A stretch of DNA of 15,973 nucleotides from positions 1 to 15,973 of the forward strand of contig JBBRPR010000108.1 of assembly GCA_038227875.1 (NCBI GenBank). The letters are read 5' to 3'. Shown here piece after piece: positions 15,604-15,973 of this stretch; position 1 is the first letter of the stretch; each line of letters opens with the position of its first letter. Below the pieces are notes generated by a model. It did not search any database. It had not been told where the DNA came from and saw only the letters and a list, made by a program, of their open reading frames with translations. The translations under genes and the position numbers were made by a program. The DNA is from Planctomycetota bacterium. GTDB taxonomy: Bacteria > Planctomycetota > SZUA-567 > H5-PLA8.

Positions 15604-15832
15604 AGGAATTCGTCCAGCCTTTGAACCGCCTTGTCAATCTGTTTTTGCCGCGCCTTGGAGAGCGGAGTCATAGATTCAAAGTGAGGTGCGCCTGCCGGCA
15701 ATGCGAATCGCTGTAGCGCTTCACGGCTCGTATAGGTGGTGCCGCCGATTCTTATTGCATCAAGCCGAATTCCCTTGATGCCGCGCTGCACCCAACGGTA
15801 TATGGCGCTGATATGCACGCGCTTGCCATTTG
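15561..15832 (-). pseudogene. DUF1580-like HTH (excisionase-like) gene whose 5' end is cut off by an IS
   Basis: NGKRVHISAIYRWVQRGIKGIRLDAIRIGGTTYTSREALQRF. The sequence upstream of NGKR (MAGFGAP...) is translated IS terminal repeat. Confidence 0.78.
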
Positions 15833-15973
15833 TGTCATCGGGCGCGCAAAACCGGCCAGTGATGGGCGCGCCAAAACCGGCCATTTTGAGGAACTGGAGA
15901 TTTGTCCATTATCGTTGGCTCTTGGCTCTCGCCGGGAGCGGACGATGCGATGGCGAATCAACTCAAGATGGCC
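15833..15973 (+). mobile_element. Left end of an IS21-family insertion sequence
   Basis: Starts TGTCA, with tandem subterminal repeats GGGCGCGC(C)AAAACCGGCCA at 15840-15858 and 15864-15883, followed by an RBS and a transposase start. Confidence 0.8.
15950..15973 (+). CDS. istA: IS21-family transposase IstA, first 8 codons (runs off the right edge)
   Basis: GGGAG at 15934-15938, then ATG GCG AAT CAA CTC AAG ATG GCC (MANQLKMA), an N-terminus I recognise from IstA proteins. Only 8 aa are visible. Confidence 0.65.

Overview
The window is bacterial and probably from a planctomycete, judging by the LEGRRLLSA export motif and a DUF1580-like gene. It has three zones. (1) 1-7452: the 3' part of a tightly coupled type II secretion/pseudopilus operon on the + strand (gspE end, F, G, H, I, J, K, a C-like gene, L, M and a PilF-like TPR lipoprotein). 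A convergent LamG + SGNH-hydrolase gene follows. (2) ~9700-12850: a decayed accessory block on the - strand. It holds a truncated, frameshifted type I R-M hsdM, a Y1/HUH REP-associated transposase (RAYT-like) among six copies of a 22-bp REP, a non-canonical yebC, and an integrase N-terminal fragment next to the 3' half of an initiator tRNA-Met (att site). One REP lies in frame inside the transposase gene and another supplies its stop codon. The transposase cassette is bracketed by a 51-bp duplication of the hsdM start. (3) 12890-15973: the apparent end of a second integrated element, with arm-like repeats, an AbiEi/AbiEii pair with two operators, a calcineurin-like phosphoesterase, and a DUF1580 gene cut by the left end of an IS21-family element. 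The most unusual structure is the REP/RAYT cassette and its flanking hsdM-start duplication. All family calls come from motif recognition by eye; no searches were run.
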